Positions 49,965 to 63,200 of a stretch of DNA of 64,000 nucleotides are shown in pieces. The stretch lies in NCBI GenBank assembly GCA_964270895.1, contig OZ185440.1; one strand, written 5' to 3'. The first letter of the stretch is position 1, and every line of letters starts with the position of its first letter. This stretch comes from Podarcis filfolensis (taxonomy: Eukaryota). Both the position numbers and the translations under genes were made by a program. The notes under the pieces were generated by a model. It searched no databases. It worked only from the letters and a program-made list of their open reading frames with translations, and was not told where the DNA came from.

Positions 49965-52189
49965 GTGGGGAGGGAGGAGGGCATGTTGAGGTAATTTGTA
50001 CACATCTGAATGAAAACAGGAAGCTCGGAGCAACAGATTCTCAGCTCGGTCCGGTGCTAGGGAGTTCTTGACTATTGTTGCAACCAAGGTCAGTGCATAT
50101 GATCAAAGGCAAGATTTATCCACCAGGACTCACGAGGCCGTTAGATTCCCAGCTGTCTCTCTCACGCCTCCAACTTACTTTTGGTAAATGGCTAGGAGTG
50201 TAAGAAAACACTTGACCTCGGAGCGTACAGGATGACCGCCGAAAGTGTCTCCGCGCCCTTCCTCATTATACCTCTCAACCCGTGGACTTTGAAATGAGTG
50301 ACACAAGCCCTCTAAGAGAAGGACACTTGCAGATGAAGCTCAGTGAAAATGAGCCCATCAAGCCTTCTGTTTCTTTAAAGGAAGGTGAAATGAAGTGGTA
50401 TCTTACAGAGAACTGTGAGCCTGATTGGTTTCGAAGGAGCCACAGGTTTGCAGTAGCTAGGAGGGCCTAAGGCACAAGGCTGCTGGTGGTGGTTGTGCAG
50501 GGTTTGATGGAACAGGGACATTTGAGAATTAAATGAATTCATCCAAGGCTTCTGTTGGCTCATCACCCAACAAAGGATGAAGCATCTTGAAATGCTTAAG
50601 GACACTGAGAGGCAGTACCAAGTTGGTCTCTGTTGTCCGCCATTACACTGAGGCCTTGTACCAGATGAAATGTTGAGGCAGATATCCATACTCAAGTGTG
50701 GAGGAGAGGGGGTTAAAATGTGTAACTCTTTCTGCATTATGAGGCATTTGTTTCCACGGCAGATAAATTATGGCTGCTGAAACTAAAGCCCAGAAAGCAC
50801 ATAACAAGCAAATTGTTTCTCAGATTGGTATATTTAAGCTCTGTATTTCCATACCAATCTTGGTGCCACCAAGATTGTTGACCATGCCACTCTAACTGAG
50901 CAAATAGGTAAGCACAATAAAGTGGATTGTTTTTTTTAAAATGCACATGCCGGTTTTTATTCTGCCAAACTCCTCCACCAACCCACCACAAAGCCCTCAC
51001 TGTTAAATGCAAATTGGATGTTTTTATTATTGGCTATCCCTCGCTGCTTTCCCAAGGGTTGCAAAGGAATTATAGGGAGGGAAAAGAGTGGGAGAAAACA
51101 GCAAAAGGAGTTTGGGCGATGGAGGTATTTTCTGGCTTTCGTCTCCTTCCTTAATTTATGGCAGGGGAACGCATCACCGTGAATGTAAAGTGCTGTTGCA
51201 CTGGAAGGGTTTTAATAAAATAAAATAAAGTGATAAATATTTGGAAATTGGAATGAGAGAGAACTAGCAATGGATTTCTTGGGAGAGAAGAGCTGTCCTG
51301 ACCAGGCAAATTGCTCAGGGGCAGCCTTGTCCCTGAATTCTGTTTGTGGAGGAAGGCAAGAAGTTGTCCAATGGTAAAGGAACAGCACCCCACACATGCT
51401 CTGGGATACTCATTTTCTTCCTATATACCAGGATTCAACCCTAGAGAACAGATAAGTCTGCATCTTTATTAGAATTGTTTTTTTAAGATTTGCTCATGGC
51501 TTTATCTCTGCCTTCCATTGTGAGGAAAGGCAGGTTATAAATTTAATTAATAAATAAAAGCCAGAAGAACGAGAACATTTGTGGTAAGAGTTGGGGCTGT
51601 GGGTGTAAAATGCTTTTGTGAATTGCTGGCTGGGAAGGAATGAGGAATGGATTGTCTTGTGTGTGGAGGGAAACCAATTAGTTATGGATTGCTGGCAATG
51701 GAGGTATATAGAAGTAGATAATCTCAAAAAAGGGAGAGGTGTTACGGCTTTAATTCTTATTATGGAGATCTGCTGTAAATCCCATTTCTCCATTCTAATT
51801 CTGAGAAGGGGACAAGGCTGCAGTTGCTCAGTGGTGAGGAGAAAGCAGTTTGCATATGCTCAGAGGCATACTCTTTATTGTGACTGAACGTATTTCTGCT
51901 TAAAAAGTCTCATCATGAATTTGCTGACTGAACTTTAGCTGTTTCCTCATTGCTGTGCCCCAGTGATTTCCAGCAAAATGAAATCAGTGTAATTTTTTTT
52001 TACATAGAGCAGGGACAAATATCCTCCCACGATAGAGGGAGATGTTCAGCAACTTTGGAGGTGGGGTACGGTTCGTGTTAGTTATTTCTGATACAGCAGT
52101 GCCAGCTCTCTTTTTTTATCCATTCATTTCATTTATGAGTAATTTCTCATTAAACAATGAGAGGCCTGATGGAAACGTAAGGTCTCCGA

Positions 52190-52470
52190 TAGGCACCAAA
52201 AAGATAAAGTGCTTCTCTGATATGTAATGGGAGGGAGGTGCTGCCACACTAAGAGACCAATTCCTATATTGTACGGAGCAGACCTCCTGATGAGACGGTA
52301 TCTACAAGGAGTCCTTTCTCTTTTTGGCATAGCTTTAGTGATCAGTTGGATATATAACAGGTCCCAAGATTCATCCACCAATACCAGCACCTTGAACTTA
52401 GCCCAGTGGTTAATTGGCAGCCATTGCACTTTTATCAGTAGGAGAGCTTTCTGGGTTTTTTGGTGTGTTT
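52190..52470 (-). mobile_element. Old L2 remnant
   Basis: Minus-strand ORF contains KVQWLPINHWAKFKVLVL, resembling the L2 LHWLPV..RIxFKVL motif. Confidence 0.6.
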
Positions 52471-52897
52471 TTGAAAGGCTGTGTAAGTTTAATAAGCTTT
52501 TCATGAAATGAATCATTTGTCTCTGAGGCCCCCAAAATACATATGTTCAAATTATATAGTAATAGCATTACAGAGTTGCTTCCCCAGTGCAGGGAAACAT
52601 AGAAGCTCTGAAGATGAACATGGGCCAGTTACATCTTTAAACCTCATTTCCTGAGGTTAGAGAAGACTGAAGTATTTATGACAAGCGCCTTTGCAGACTT
52701 CCTTTCCTAAAAAAAGAATTTCTGCCACCAGTTTACTCCAGGGTTTGGAGTGGGGTAGGGAGAGAAGAAGCCATTGTGGTGGACGTTGTTTCCATGAGAC
52801 TTTTCAGGGGTGCCTCTTAAGTTGGGGGTCCAAACCCTTCGCATCCCCAGATTATTTTTTTAGGTGTTATGGACTCTTTGCAGTTTGGTTGTTCTTG

Positions 52898-53194
52898 TAA
52901 AGGTAAAGGGACCCCTGACCATTAGGTCCAGTCGTGGCCGACTCTGGTGTTGCGGCGCTCATCTCGCTTTATTGGCTGAGGGAGCCGGCGTACAGCTTCC
53001 GAGTCATGTGGCGAACCAGAGCAGCGCACGGGAACACCGTTTACCTTCCCGCCAGAGTGGTACCTATTTATCTACTTGCACTTTGAGGTGCTTTTGAACT
53101 GCTAGGTTGGCAGGAGCAGGGACTGAGCAACGGGAGCTCACCCCGCGTTGGGGATTCGAACCACCAACCTTCTGATTGGCAAGTCCTAGGCTCT
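52898..53194 (-). mobile_element. Sauria/Squam1 SINE, 5'-truncated
   Basis: Tail and body present; about the first 35 nt of the head and an internal segment are missing. Confidence 0.92.
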
Positions 53195-54483
53195 TTAGTG
53201 GTGATTAATCGGGACTAAGACCAAAATTGGCACCATCCATTCGCTTCGCTCAGTGTGTATGTTGAGAACTGTGCTTTCCCAATGTTTCAAATCTATATAG
53301 CTCATGAAAGATGTCCTTAAAAAGACAAGCACCGGTGTGTTCGACACCATATTTGTTCCAGATATGTGAGCTAAGTAGCTACTTAAATCTGATAAAGGAA
53401 ACACAGCCATGCTACTAAAGACGGAAAACATCTCTTCTTTATTTTGGTCGCAATGGCAACTGAAGGCGGTAGAGTTGGCTCCTGATGCTTCCCCTGTCCA
53501 GATTATTGACTTCGTTAGATGAACCACATCAAAGCCATTAGTTCAAAGCACCTTTTGCTTCCTTGCTGAAGGAAAGAATACACTTCACTTTCTGATTAAC
53601 AGGGCGGTGTTGTGTAAATAACCTCTTCCTTAACTCCTTCAGAGTCATTGTAAAGGGACACAAACCAGGTCACTCAGTTACATGTTGGGGAGGGACAACA
53701 CTTTTTTTAAAAAACAAATAAATGTACTGAGGAAATGTCTTGAGTTATTCATTGTATTTGTTATGCCATTCAGAGCAGGCTTTGCCTCATCTTATTTGAG
53801 TTAGCCTGCTAATAGAGGAGTGAGAAAATTATAAACACTTCAAGCCATATAATTCTGTTACATTTCGCTTCCACTGTTTGTTCTAACTGAATCATTGCTG
53901 TAAGGAAATTAAGAGAAAAAGATGAAATTACTGTACATGAGCCAGCTGAGGGGGTAGCTGGCTGTTTTCTCCACTTCCCATTCTAAATTAATGCTGGATT
54001 TTTTTAAAAAAAGTTATAATTCAGCATGAAAGAGCTTTCTATTTGGGAACAGGCTTCCTGTCTGTTGTCAGTTACTCTTGTTTTACAGTAGCGTAAATCA
54101 CATCGTCCCTAAGAGAACAGGCTTGCCTCTGCAAACCAAATATAGTTCATGGGTCCTCTTTCAAAACTACGGAATCCTTTTTCCATTAATCTGCATAATA
54201 CAAAAATGGAAGGTACAGTAATGGTCTCATGAGCGCATACAATATGCATGCAAATCATAAGAGCCTCTTTGTGCATAACCCAAAAGCAGTTGCCCCACAA
54301 TATATGCTCTGATGCAGGGTGAGGCCTCCAGATGTTAGAATACATCTCCCACCAGCCATGTGAGTTGTAGTCCAAGCACATCTGGAGGGTACCATGTTGG
54401 CTACTTCTGCTTTAATGTAATAGAAGGCAACATTTGGAAAAAAATATATAATAGTAATAATAATTATAATGCATGTACTATGT

Positions 54484-54611
54484 CACAAACTCGGCCCTCC
54501 AGATGTTTTGGGACTGCAACTCCCATCATCCCTAGCTAACAGGACCAGTGGTCAGGGATGATGGGAATTGTAGTCTCAAAACATCTGGAGGGCCGAGTTT
54601 GCCTATGCCTG
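54484..54611. mobile_element. Short palindromic hAT MITE with damaged left TIR
   Basis: TSD TACTATGT on both sides; body nearly the same as 41615-41750. Confidence 0.9.
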
Positions 54612-54673
54612 TACTATGTAGATACATGTAGCAAGGAGACACAGCTGGCTTTGTTGCAGCCTACACATTTTAA

Positions 54674-55040
54674 GGGACGCGGGTGGTGCTGTGGGTAAAA
54701 CCTCAGCGCCTAGGGCTTGCCGATCGCATGGTCGGCGGTTCGAATCCCCGCGGCGGGGTGAGCTCCCGTCGTTCGGACCCAGCTCCTGCCCATCTAGCAG
54801 TTCGAAAGCACCCCTAAGTGCAAGTAGATAAATAGGTACCGCTTTATAGCGGGAAGGTAACGGTGTTTCCGTGTGCGGCGCTGGTGCTGGCTCGCCAGAT
54901 GCAGCTTCGTCACGCTGGCCACGTGACCCGGAAGTGTCTCCGGACAGCGCTGGCCCCCGGCCTCTTAAGTGAGATGGGCGCACAACCCTAGAGTTGGACA
55001 CGACTGGCCCGTACGGGCAGGGGTACCTTTACCTTTACCT
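54674..55040 (+). mobile_element. Sauria/Squam1 SINE, full length
   Basis: GGGACGCGGGTGG head, (ACCTTT)n tail; 12-bp TSD TACACATTTTAA. Confidence 0.95.
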
Positions 55041-55326
55041 TACACATTTTAAAAGGTATTTGAACAACCCCTGCCTGTAAGCCGTTTCCAGAAAATGTGA
55101 GGGCTAGAGTGGGGTCATGTCTGGTAGCCAGGTCTTCAAACAACAACACATCTTCTAGCTGTGGCCTCATTGGCTACAGGTACGAAGGGGACCTATCCAC
55201 CTATGGGCATGAGTCTCCACATCAGAGCCAACTTTGTGGGGCCAAGGTCCCTCTGCCTGCCCCATAAAATATTTGAGGAGGCCAGTCCCCCCTATAATTT
55301 TTTTAATGGGCATTACTATTCAAACA

Positions 55327-55676
55327 GGGATGCAGATGGTGCTGTGGGTTAAACCACAGAGCCTAGGGCTTGCCGATCAGAAGGTTGGCGGTTCGAATCC
55401 CCGCGACGAGGTGAGTTCCCGTTGCTCGGTCCCTGCTCCTGCCAACCTAGCAGTTTGAAAGCACGTCAAAGTGCAAGTAGATAAATAGGTAAACGGTGGG
55501 AAGGTAAACGGTGTTTCCGTGTGCTGCTTTGGTTCGCCAGAAGCGGCTTAGTCATGCAGGCCACATGACCCGGAAGCTGTACGCCGGCTCCCTCGGCCAA
55601 TAAAGCGAGATGAGCGCCGCAACCCCAGAGTCGGCCACGACTGGACCTAATGGTCAGGGGTCCCTTTACCATTACC
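55327..55676 (+). mobile_element. Sauria/Squam1 SINE, full length
   Basis: Head and tail present; TSD ATTCAAACA. Confidence 0.93.
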
Positions 55677-56039
55677 TACCATTCAAACAGTGTGTGTACA
55701 CCATGTCATGTGATTGATTATGCAAGGTGGGGCTTACTTGCCCTCCCCAATAGTTTATTCAACTTGGGGACCTTAGCTAATTAGAATTCCATTTCATGTA
55801 TGAGGTCCTTTCATGCTTCAGGTACCTCTTTTTTACTTTTGAAAAGTGCTGCTGCTACCTCTGGTTGGATGCCGTTGTTACACTCAGGAAACGGGAAGTG
55901 TGATTTTGCTGATGTTTGCAATGCTCACAAATAAGTCACTGTTCTCTGTCAACTCGGCTCGAGGCCTGCAGAAACAGACCTGTACATGTCGCCCGACTTG
56001 CTGTGACTAGCAGAAGATAATCCAGAAGGGAAAGGCCAG

Positions 56040-56140
56040 TGGTCAAGCACCTGCTAGAAGCCCTGGAGGGCTGCTGCAGAGTAGACAATACTGAGCTAGA
56101 TGGAGCAAGGGCCAGACTCTGTATAAAGCAGTTTACCATA
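56040..56140 (+). mobile_element. CR1-type 3' end fragment
   Basis: GACAATACTGAGCTAGATGGA..GACTCTGTATAAAGCAG resembles a recalled reptile CR1-type 3' terminus. Confidence 0.5.
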
Positions 56141-58882
56141 CATATGCACATTATCTTGACAACACAAATGGATTTATTTTTTCTTGAAGAATTTTCCAAA
56201 TTCCCTCACCCAGGCATATATATTTCTTCCCTCCTACCCACCCACCCACCCACCCACCGCCATCCCCCAAAAGTCAGTTTCTTTAATCTTTTCTGTATGT
56301 ACAGCAGGATTAGAGAGTCTCATTTGAAAGTAATCTATTATATGAGGAGCAGCCTCAGTCATTTTTGATGCTTGCATGCTGTAGAGATTGCAATCACCCT
56401 GGGCACAAGCTGGGATCAGAGAAGTATGTGAGGCTTCATTTGTGATTTTTAAGTAGTATAGCAGAGGCATCCGGGGCAAAAGGAATCTTAAGTTATTATT
56501 TTGATCCTTTTTTTTCTGACCAAGGCAGCAGGTTGGATCAGATAAGTGTTTGTAACAAATGGGGGGAAAGGCATGAGAGTTTACAAGAGGTAAAGATGGG
56601 CTCTTTGTTTGCCAAAGATTAAATAAACTTCCTCACCCTTGGGTTGGATGAACCTGATGAGGTGTTGGCCGTGCCCCAACCTCCAGACAAAAGGAACACT
56701 AATTACAACACAATATGTAACATTTCGAAAGAGTAGAATGTTACAGCGCTAGCAATCCAGCAACCTCAAAGTGGTGAAATCCAAAGTAGAGCTTTTTTAA
56801 AAAATGTTATTTTACAATCAAGCTTTTATGTCATTTTCTGGCCATAATCCAGAGAGTTACTTTAGGTGCTTCTAGGCTTTGCTTGCATCGAGTGGGCTTT
56901 AGATTTTACCCCTCTTTTTATAGCAGACCCCCTCCCAGGCCATAAACTACTTTGCAAACTTGTTTTAATTTCAAAAGTGGTTTCCTCTGCCGCATCCCTG
57001 TTGTTCAGGAAACGCAAGTTCAAAACGAGACAGGACACATGTTGTTGCCTGCATGGTTCTCTGGACAATGGGCTGGTTCACATGCAACACTAAACCATGG
57101 TTTGGATAATCCTGATCCAAGTGTCAAGTTTACTTTCAGTTTCATCTAATCTTGGCTTGGCATAAAGTGCAAATCAGGCAACCTGACTTAACAACAAGCA
57201 ATAGTTTGTTAAACAACCCTATTGGTTAAAGAAAGCAGTGGGGGAGGGGGGAATTACAGGTAGAAAAATGAGAGTTCAGCACTAGGCTCAAAGAAACTGA
57301 GGCTCATTACTTACAAATTTGCAAATTCCTGTGTGTCCTTCCCCACCTCCATCAATATTATCAGTTATTATGAAAGTGTGATGGTATGAATATAAACTCT
57401 TTAGCAGCAAAATTTGGAAAAACAATTGGTGGTGGCTTTGATGTGATTAAAAGGGGGGGCAAGCATCGCCTCCCCAACCCCAGATGTAATTACTGATGGA
57501 AAATTCATAGCATTCTTTTTTAAAAAATCTGTTGGCTTTTATTTCGGCACATTCATTTGCTGTTACAGTAGTAACATCCTTGAAAGCTAAGTGAAATTTC
57601 TGAAGAAATAGTCATTGTGATCATAAGCATAACTCAGAGAGAAAATACTAGGGTATTTTAAGTCCTGTTGAAATCTTTTGGGCCTCAGAGCTTAACAAAA
57701 AGCATATATCATAATGACTTCAGTGGAAATTAACCATGCTTGTATCTGTTCCTGGGTTATGACATTTGTAATTCAGAAATTCAAAATTTTAGAAGATTCT
57801 GTTGCTGCTGCGTGTTTTTTTAATAGAAGCTTAATGTCAGGAGGTAAGAAATGACTTTTCAAAAATAATATGAAACATTTTGGGCAAGATTCAGTCAACA
57901 ACAAGCATTTGTAAGTGTAATTTACTCAATATAATGAAGATGTTGGCCTTAATGTTCCAGGATAGTCTAGATATGGGCACTGGGGGGGGGGGGACAGTCA
58001 GCTCCATTTTTCTCAATCATTCTGAACAAATATGTGCACCCTTGCAGATACTAATTACTTACTTTAGGCATTTTCCAATTAATCCACCATAACTATCTCC
58101 CTCCCCCCCTCTAATTATTATTAACGAAATATCTGGAGCTGGGTGGATTATTTCTTATTTGGCATTTATTTATTTGTGGCATTTATATAACACTTAATCA
58201 TTAACCTTTCCAAGTATTTGACATAAAAATACAAAAATTAAAAATAAACCATACAAATAATAAAAAGCAATAATTCATCACAAAACTGCCTTAAGATGCC
58301 TGCTGAAATAAGAAAGCCTTTTTCATGCGAATGAAGTTCAGCGATTTAAAAAAAATTCCTGCATTGACAGAGTACAAATGGCATCACTATTTTTTTACAA
58401 AGATGGTTTAATTTAGGGCAATGTTTTTTCAATACAGGAGAGAAGGATCGTATGAGAGGTTGACTGAGATTTGAAGATAGCTAACAAAAAATATAGTTAT
58501 TGGTTGTGATAACTGAGACCTAAATCCACAGAGATCAAAATATCTGGTCATAAAAAGTGAATGATTTTGGGGGAGGGGTTAATTCTGTAAAGCTAAAAGC
58601 TTTCGACTGAGTTGAATTGCAATATAGTTATCAATTTATTAATTTGTGCTTTTTTATTTTGATATTGAGCTAACTTTTTCCTGTTTCTGTTTGCATAAAA
58701 GATCTAAAGGTTGGAAAACTAGACCATATTGTATCTCTTAAATATGAATAGAACAGCCACAGGAAACATGAATACAACTCCACCAATAAATAAACTATAT
58801 AATGATGTTATCAAAATTCTTTCATGTCCAAAAATCTATGAAAATCTGATATATATGTGAATGCTTGTGAGTGTGGTATCAA

Positions 58883-59669
58883 TGTTGTTTAGTCATTTAG
58901 TCGTGTCCGACTCTTCGTGACCCCATGGACCAGAGCACGCCAGGCATTCCTGTCTTCCACTGCCTCCTGCAGTTTGGTCAGACTCATGTTTGTAGCTTCG
59001 AGAACACTATCCAACCATCTCGTCCTCTGTCGTCCCCTTCTCCTTGTGCCCTCTATCTTTCCCAACATCAGGGTCTTTTCCAGGGAGTCTTCTCTTCTCA
59101 TGAGGTGGCCAAAGTATTGGAGCCTCAGCTTCACGATCTGTCCTTCCAGTGAGCACTCAGGGCTGATTTCCTTAAGAATGGATACGTTTGATCTTCTTGC
59201 AGTCCATGGGACTCTCAAGAGTCTCCTCCAGCACCATTTTTGACCACATCCAACTTACCAAGGTTCATGGTTCTTACATTCCAGGTTCTTTACAGCATTG
59301 GACTTTCCTTTCGCTTCCAGGCATATCCGTAACTGAGCGTCCTTTCGGCTTTGGCCCAGCCGCTTCATCAGCTCTGAATCTACTTGTACTTGTCCTCCGC
59401 TCTTCCTCAGTAGCATGTTGGACGCCTTCCGACCTGAGGGGCTCATCTTCCAGCGTCATAACTTTTATATGCCTGTTGTCTTTGTCCATGGAGTTTTCTT
59501 GGCAGGGATACTGGAGTGGCTTGCCGGTTCCTGCTCCAGGTGGATCACGTTTGGTCAAAACTCTCCACTATGACCTGTCCGTCTTGGGTGGCCCTGCACA
59601 GCATAGCTCATAGCTTCTCTGGGTTATTCAAGCCCCTTCGCCATGGCAAGGCAGTGATCCATGAAGGGG
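58883..59669 (-). mobile_element. Internally deleted RTE-BovB (5' end fused to 3' end)
   Basis: 5' part encodes MTLEDEPLRSEGVQHATEEE...WNVRTMNLGKLDVV; 3' part encodes WCWRRLLRVPWTARRSN...KSRTRLND; 11-bp TSD GTGGTATCAAT. Confidence 0.9.
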
Positions 59670-59825
59670 GTGGTATCAATAGCATCTGCTATATTTTCTG
59701 CTATTCGGTGAATGTCAAATTCATTTAAGTTACAACACAGAAAAGGGCTAAAGATTTGGATGCAGTGATGGCAATTCTGCTCCATTCAATACTGCTTTTG
59801 ACTACCAAGGGCTTAGATTGCCCCC

Positions 59826-60286
59826 TGTGGCATTTGCCCATTCCTTGTGATTCTGTTTGTACAGAGGGATGGAAATGGTTACTGTAGATTGACCAATGAG
59901 AAAGCTCAGAGGCGAAGCCAACCTGGTTTGGAGGCTCAGCCCAGGGGTTTTACTATTGGGAGATAGGAGAGTCAGGGTCAGACAGAGCAAGTAAAAGACG
60001 AATATAACGGTTGTGACAGTTAGAGTGAGAGACACGGATAGAACTGAGAGAGAAGAGTGTGACAGTGCCTCATGTAATTAAGGGCGTGCATTTGAGAAAC
60101 CGTTCTAAACATATTTAAAACTTGTTTGTTCTTCAATAAGCTTTAATCTTCGTTGTTGACTTCACAACCTGACTGAGCCTCAGTATTTCACCAGAGGAAA
60201 CCTGGTTGGTGGCAACGGAAGAATAAAGCAGTGGTGTACAGGTCAATAGTCCATGAAACAACCAGGGGCTCTGTACGAACGCCACA
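59826..60286 (+). mobile_element. Solo LTR
   Basis: TGTGGC...GCCACA inverted termini, CCCCC flanks on both sides (5-bp TSD), internal CCAAT and AATAAA; strand inferred from AATAAA. Confidence 0.75.
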
Positions 60287-63200
60287 CCCCCTAATATCCC
60301 CCCCCCCACTATCATTTGAGTTGGCAGAGGTAAATATGGGATAAAATTATCTTGATTCCACATTTTAAGGGATATTTGCCAATTCATAAATTATTGTCAT
60401 GTGCTGTTAGATTACTCCGATTCATCATAATTAGGTGCACATGGTAATTCATGGCTAAAATATCTTTTTTTTCTATCATAATGCTATTAGATTGGGGAGT
60501 GGGTAAAAAGGTCCATTTAAACTGGTCTTAAATTCATTTTGGCATATGGAAACAAGATATCAAATGCAGAGCAACTATTTTAAAAAGAAGGTTTTAAATA
60601 TATTTTGCATGCAGGAACCTTTCTCGCAGAGGTTAGTGTGCATATAGATTATGCAAGAACTTTTCAATGCACTGACCTACACAAAAAGTACAAGATTTTA
60701 TGTGACCTTGGCCTTCTGGATATTACTGGTAAATGAATAGCTTCCTCAAGAGCAAACAATACATACAGAAGCATTTTTAACCATTCTCTCTGTTTTATAC
60801 TAAACATTTCTTGAAACTTTTTTGTTGTTATACTGCTTACTTTTCATCTAATATGCGTATACAACTTGCTTACTGCTGATCTTTAAATCTTCATGACGTC
60901 TGTGCCAAGATAGAATTGTGCATTATGTGAATTGGGGAGGGGGGTGTATACCAACTGTTATCTGAGTGTTTTCACATGAGAGCAGAGTTCCCCAAAAATA
61001 TCTGAAAAGCGGAGGCTGTTACTCTACCCCAGCTGAATCCAATGATAGATTTGCGAGTTTGACTGGGAAAATTCACAAAGGGATTACCCAAGTCTCCCAG
61101 ATTGTATACCCCATGGCCAGACTCTTGCACTTATGAATAAAGTACTGTTTTCTATTGTATACTATGAAGTAGTGGATGCTTTATATTAAAAAAAAATTGG
61201 CTGAGATTTCTGAGAAATACACTCTGCTTTTTGGAAGGATTGTTTATTTGCTTGCTTGTTAGTTAGACACATACAGGTTTCTGTTATGTACTCAGCAGTG
61301 CCATCACCAATTCATAAAATGAAATAATAGTTCTGATTTATTTTTCCTAATAGGTTTGCTACCTTTATCTTTACAGGGCTTCTGTACATTAGCAACTGAA
61401 TGATAGGACATCTGCACCTGTTAGATGTTTGCCTCTCGCTGGATTTCCATACCAGTAAAAGTTGCATCCTGCTAAATTCTTAATTGTCATGTAGCTACTA
61501 AAAGCCTAGGAACACTGCCAGAATAAAAAGGTGACAACCTGTTTGTGGGTGATATTTCAGTGATGTAAGGCTGAAGTAGTGAAAATACAAGTACTTGCTG
61601 TAAAAGGCAACTCACTACACCTAGTTTTTATTTGTGGTTTATTTATTTTATTTCCACATTTTCCACCCAAAGGTCTTTTGAAAATCAAAGCTTTTTTGCA
61701 AGCCAGTACTTTCTTTTGGAAAGGTGGGTATTTGAAAGTCATAGAGAGACATCTTTGGGGTTTAAGGATGAAATTGGGGGATCTAAAATGTCACACACAC
61801 ACACACCTCAAGCCATCTTATATATAGCTTTACAAATCTGTCTCAATCCCAAGGCTTTAGTTTCCCTGTCTGCAAAATGGAGTAATTCTTATACATATAA
61901 TTCTAAGCAGAGGAATTAAAAATCTACATATGACAAGAGTTATTTGAGAACTCCAATTTTTTAATGAATTGTTAGACATACTAGCTGCACCAGAGGTTAT
62001 GCAGGTAAATATGTTCTATACTTACTGATCAATCCTCTGTGATGACAAAAAATATATATAGTCTATTGGTGCAATTGAAATATTTGTGTTAATTTGGTCA
62101 TAATTACCCAATTTTGCCAATGGAAACCGCTGATAACTTACAACAAAATTAAGTGCTACATTTTTATCTTTTCCTTGGATGGTTTAGAAAAAAGAAATCC
62201 GCTCAAGTATCATCACACGTTGCAAGATATCACTGTCAGTAATGCAGTCCTGTAGCTGGAAGCTGGACTAGAGTAGCACAGCTTTTTGCATACCACTTAC
62301 ACATAATTCCAAATAGTCTCCCCTAATCACCTCCTCAAGCAAGAAGGTTTAAAGACACTCTTCACATCTTAAGGAGAATATGTGTCAGAACACCCCAACT
62401 TACCTGTCTACCTTGATGCCTTCATTTGAAAGGACTGTACTGCATTTGATGCTGAGGAAGCTGGTACTATTTTGAATAAGAAAAGCACTCAAATGTCGCT
62501 TTTGATACATGAGAGACACTCTAACATGTTGCACTTTAGTCAGTCAAGAGAAGAAAAGAAAAGCCCTAAGGAATCTGTCCGTTCTTCGTCTTCCTACAGC
62601 TCCTCTTCACAGTTCTTCTTACGTTTCTCAGCCAAACTAGATCTCCACTTAAGGTTGATTTTTAATGTTTGTTTTCTCTTAAAATAGTACGTGTGTAGTG
62701 AAGGCAGAGGAGGAAAACAGTACGCTCAGATGCTACTGTAGGTAGACAACCTGGATACAGAAAACTGCTTGAGCTGGTATACTTACATTTAAATAGTTGT
62801 GCAGCCTGGACCCCTGCACTTAGAAATAAGCTCCATTCAGTTGAATGAACTAAACCCATCCACAGATCTGTTGCTTGGAGGGGCTTAAACTGGGGTAGAA
62901 GTACCCTTCTACCAGCAAAGAGGAGATCCACCAGCAGGGGGACATCTCTGCCCTAGAGACCCAGATATGCCTCTGCAGGGTGAATCGACTGCTGGCTGTA
63001 GTCCCTGAAATGGGCAAGGTGGAGGTAGTCTGAGATCCACTAGATCCAAAGCTCCTCCCTTCACCCAAGAAGCCCCAGATTGGGTTCCCAGCTGGCATAG
63101 TTAATTCTGCCACCCCTCCTTCCCAAAACTAACTGGTGAGCTGAGCCTCCCCATCTGCATCAAAAGAAGCATCTGGTCCATTCGGTGTGTCCCATTTAAG

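Noticed and set aside
54674-54760. tRNA-like A/B boxes (GGTTCGAATCCC) here and in the other SINE heads
   Set aside because: They are heads of Sauria and Squam3 SINEs with tails and TSDs, not standalone tRNA genes.
62429-62687. Plus-strand open frame of about 85 codons (Ser-rich)
   Set aside because: Low-complexity CT/GA-rich sequence explains the lack of stops; no recognised protein.
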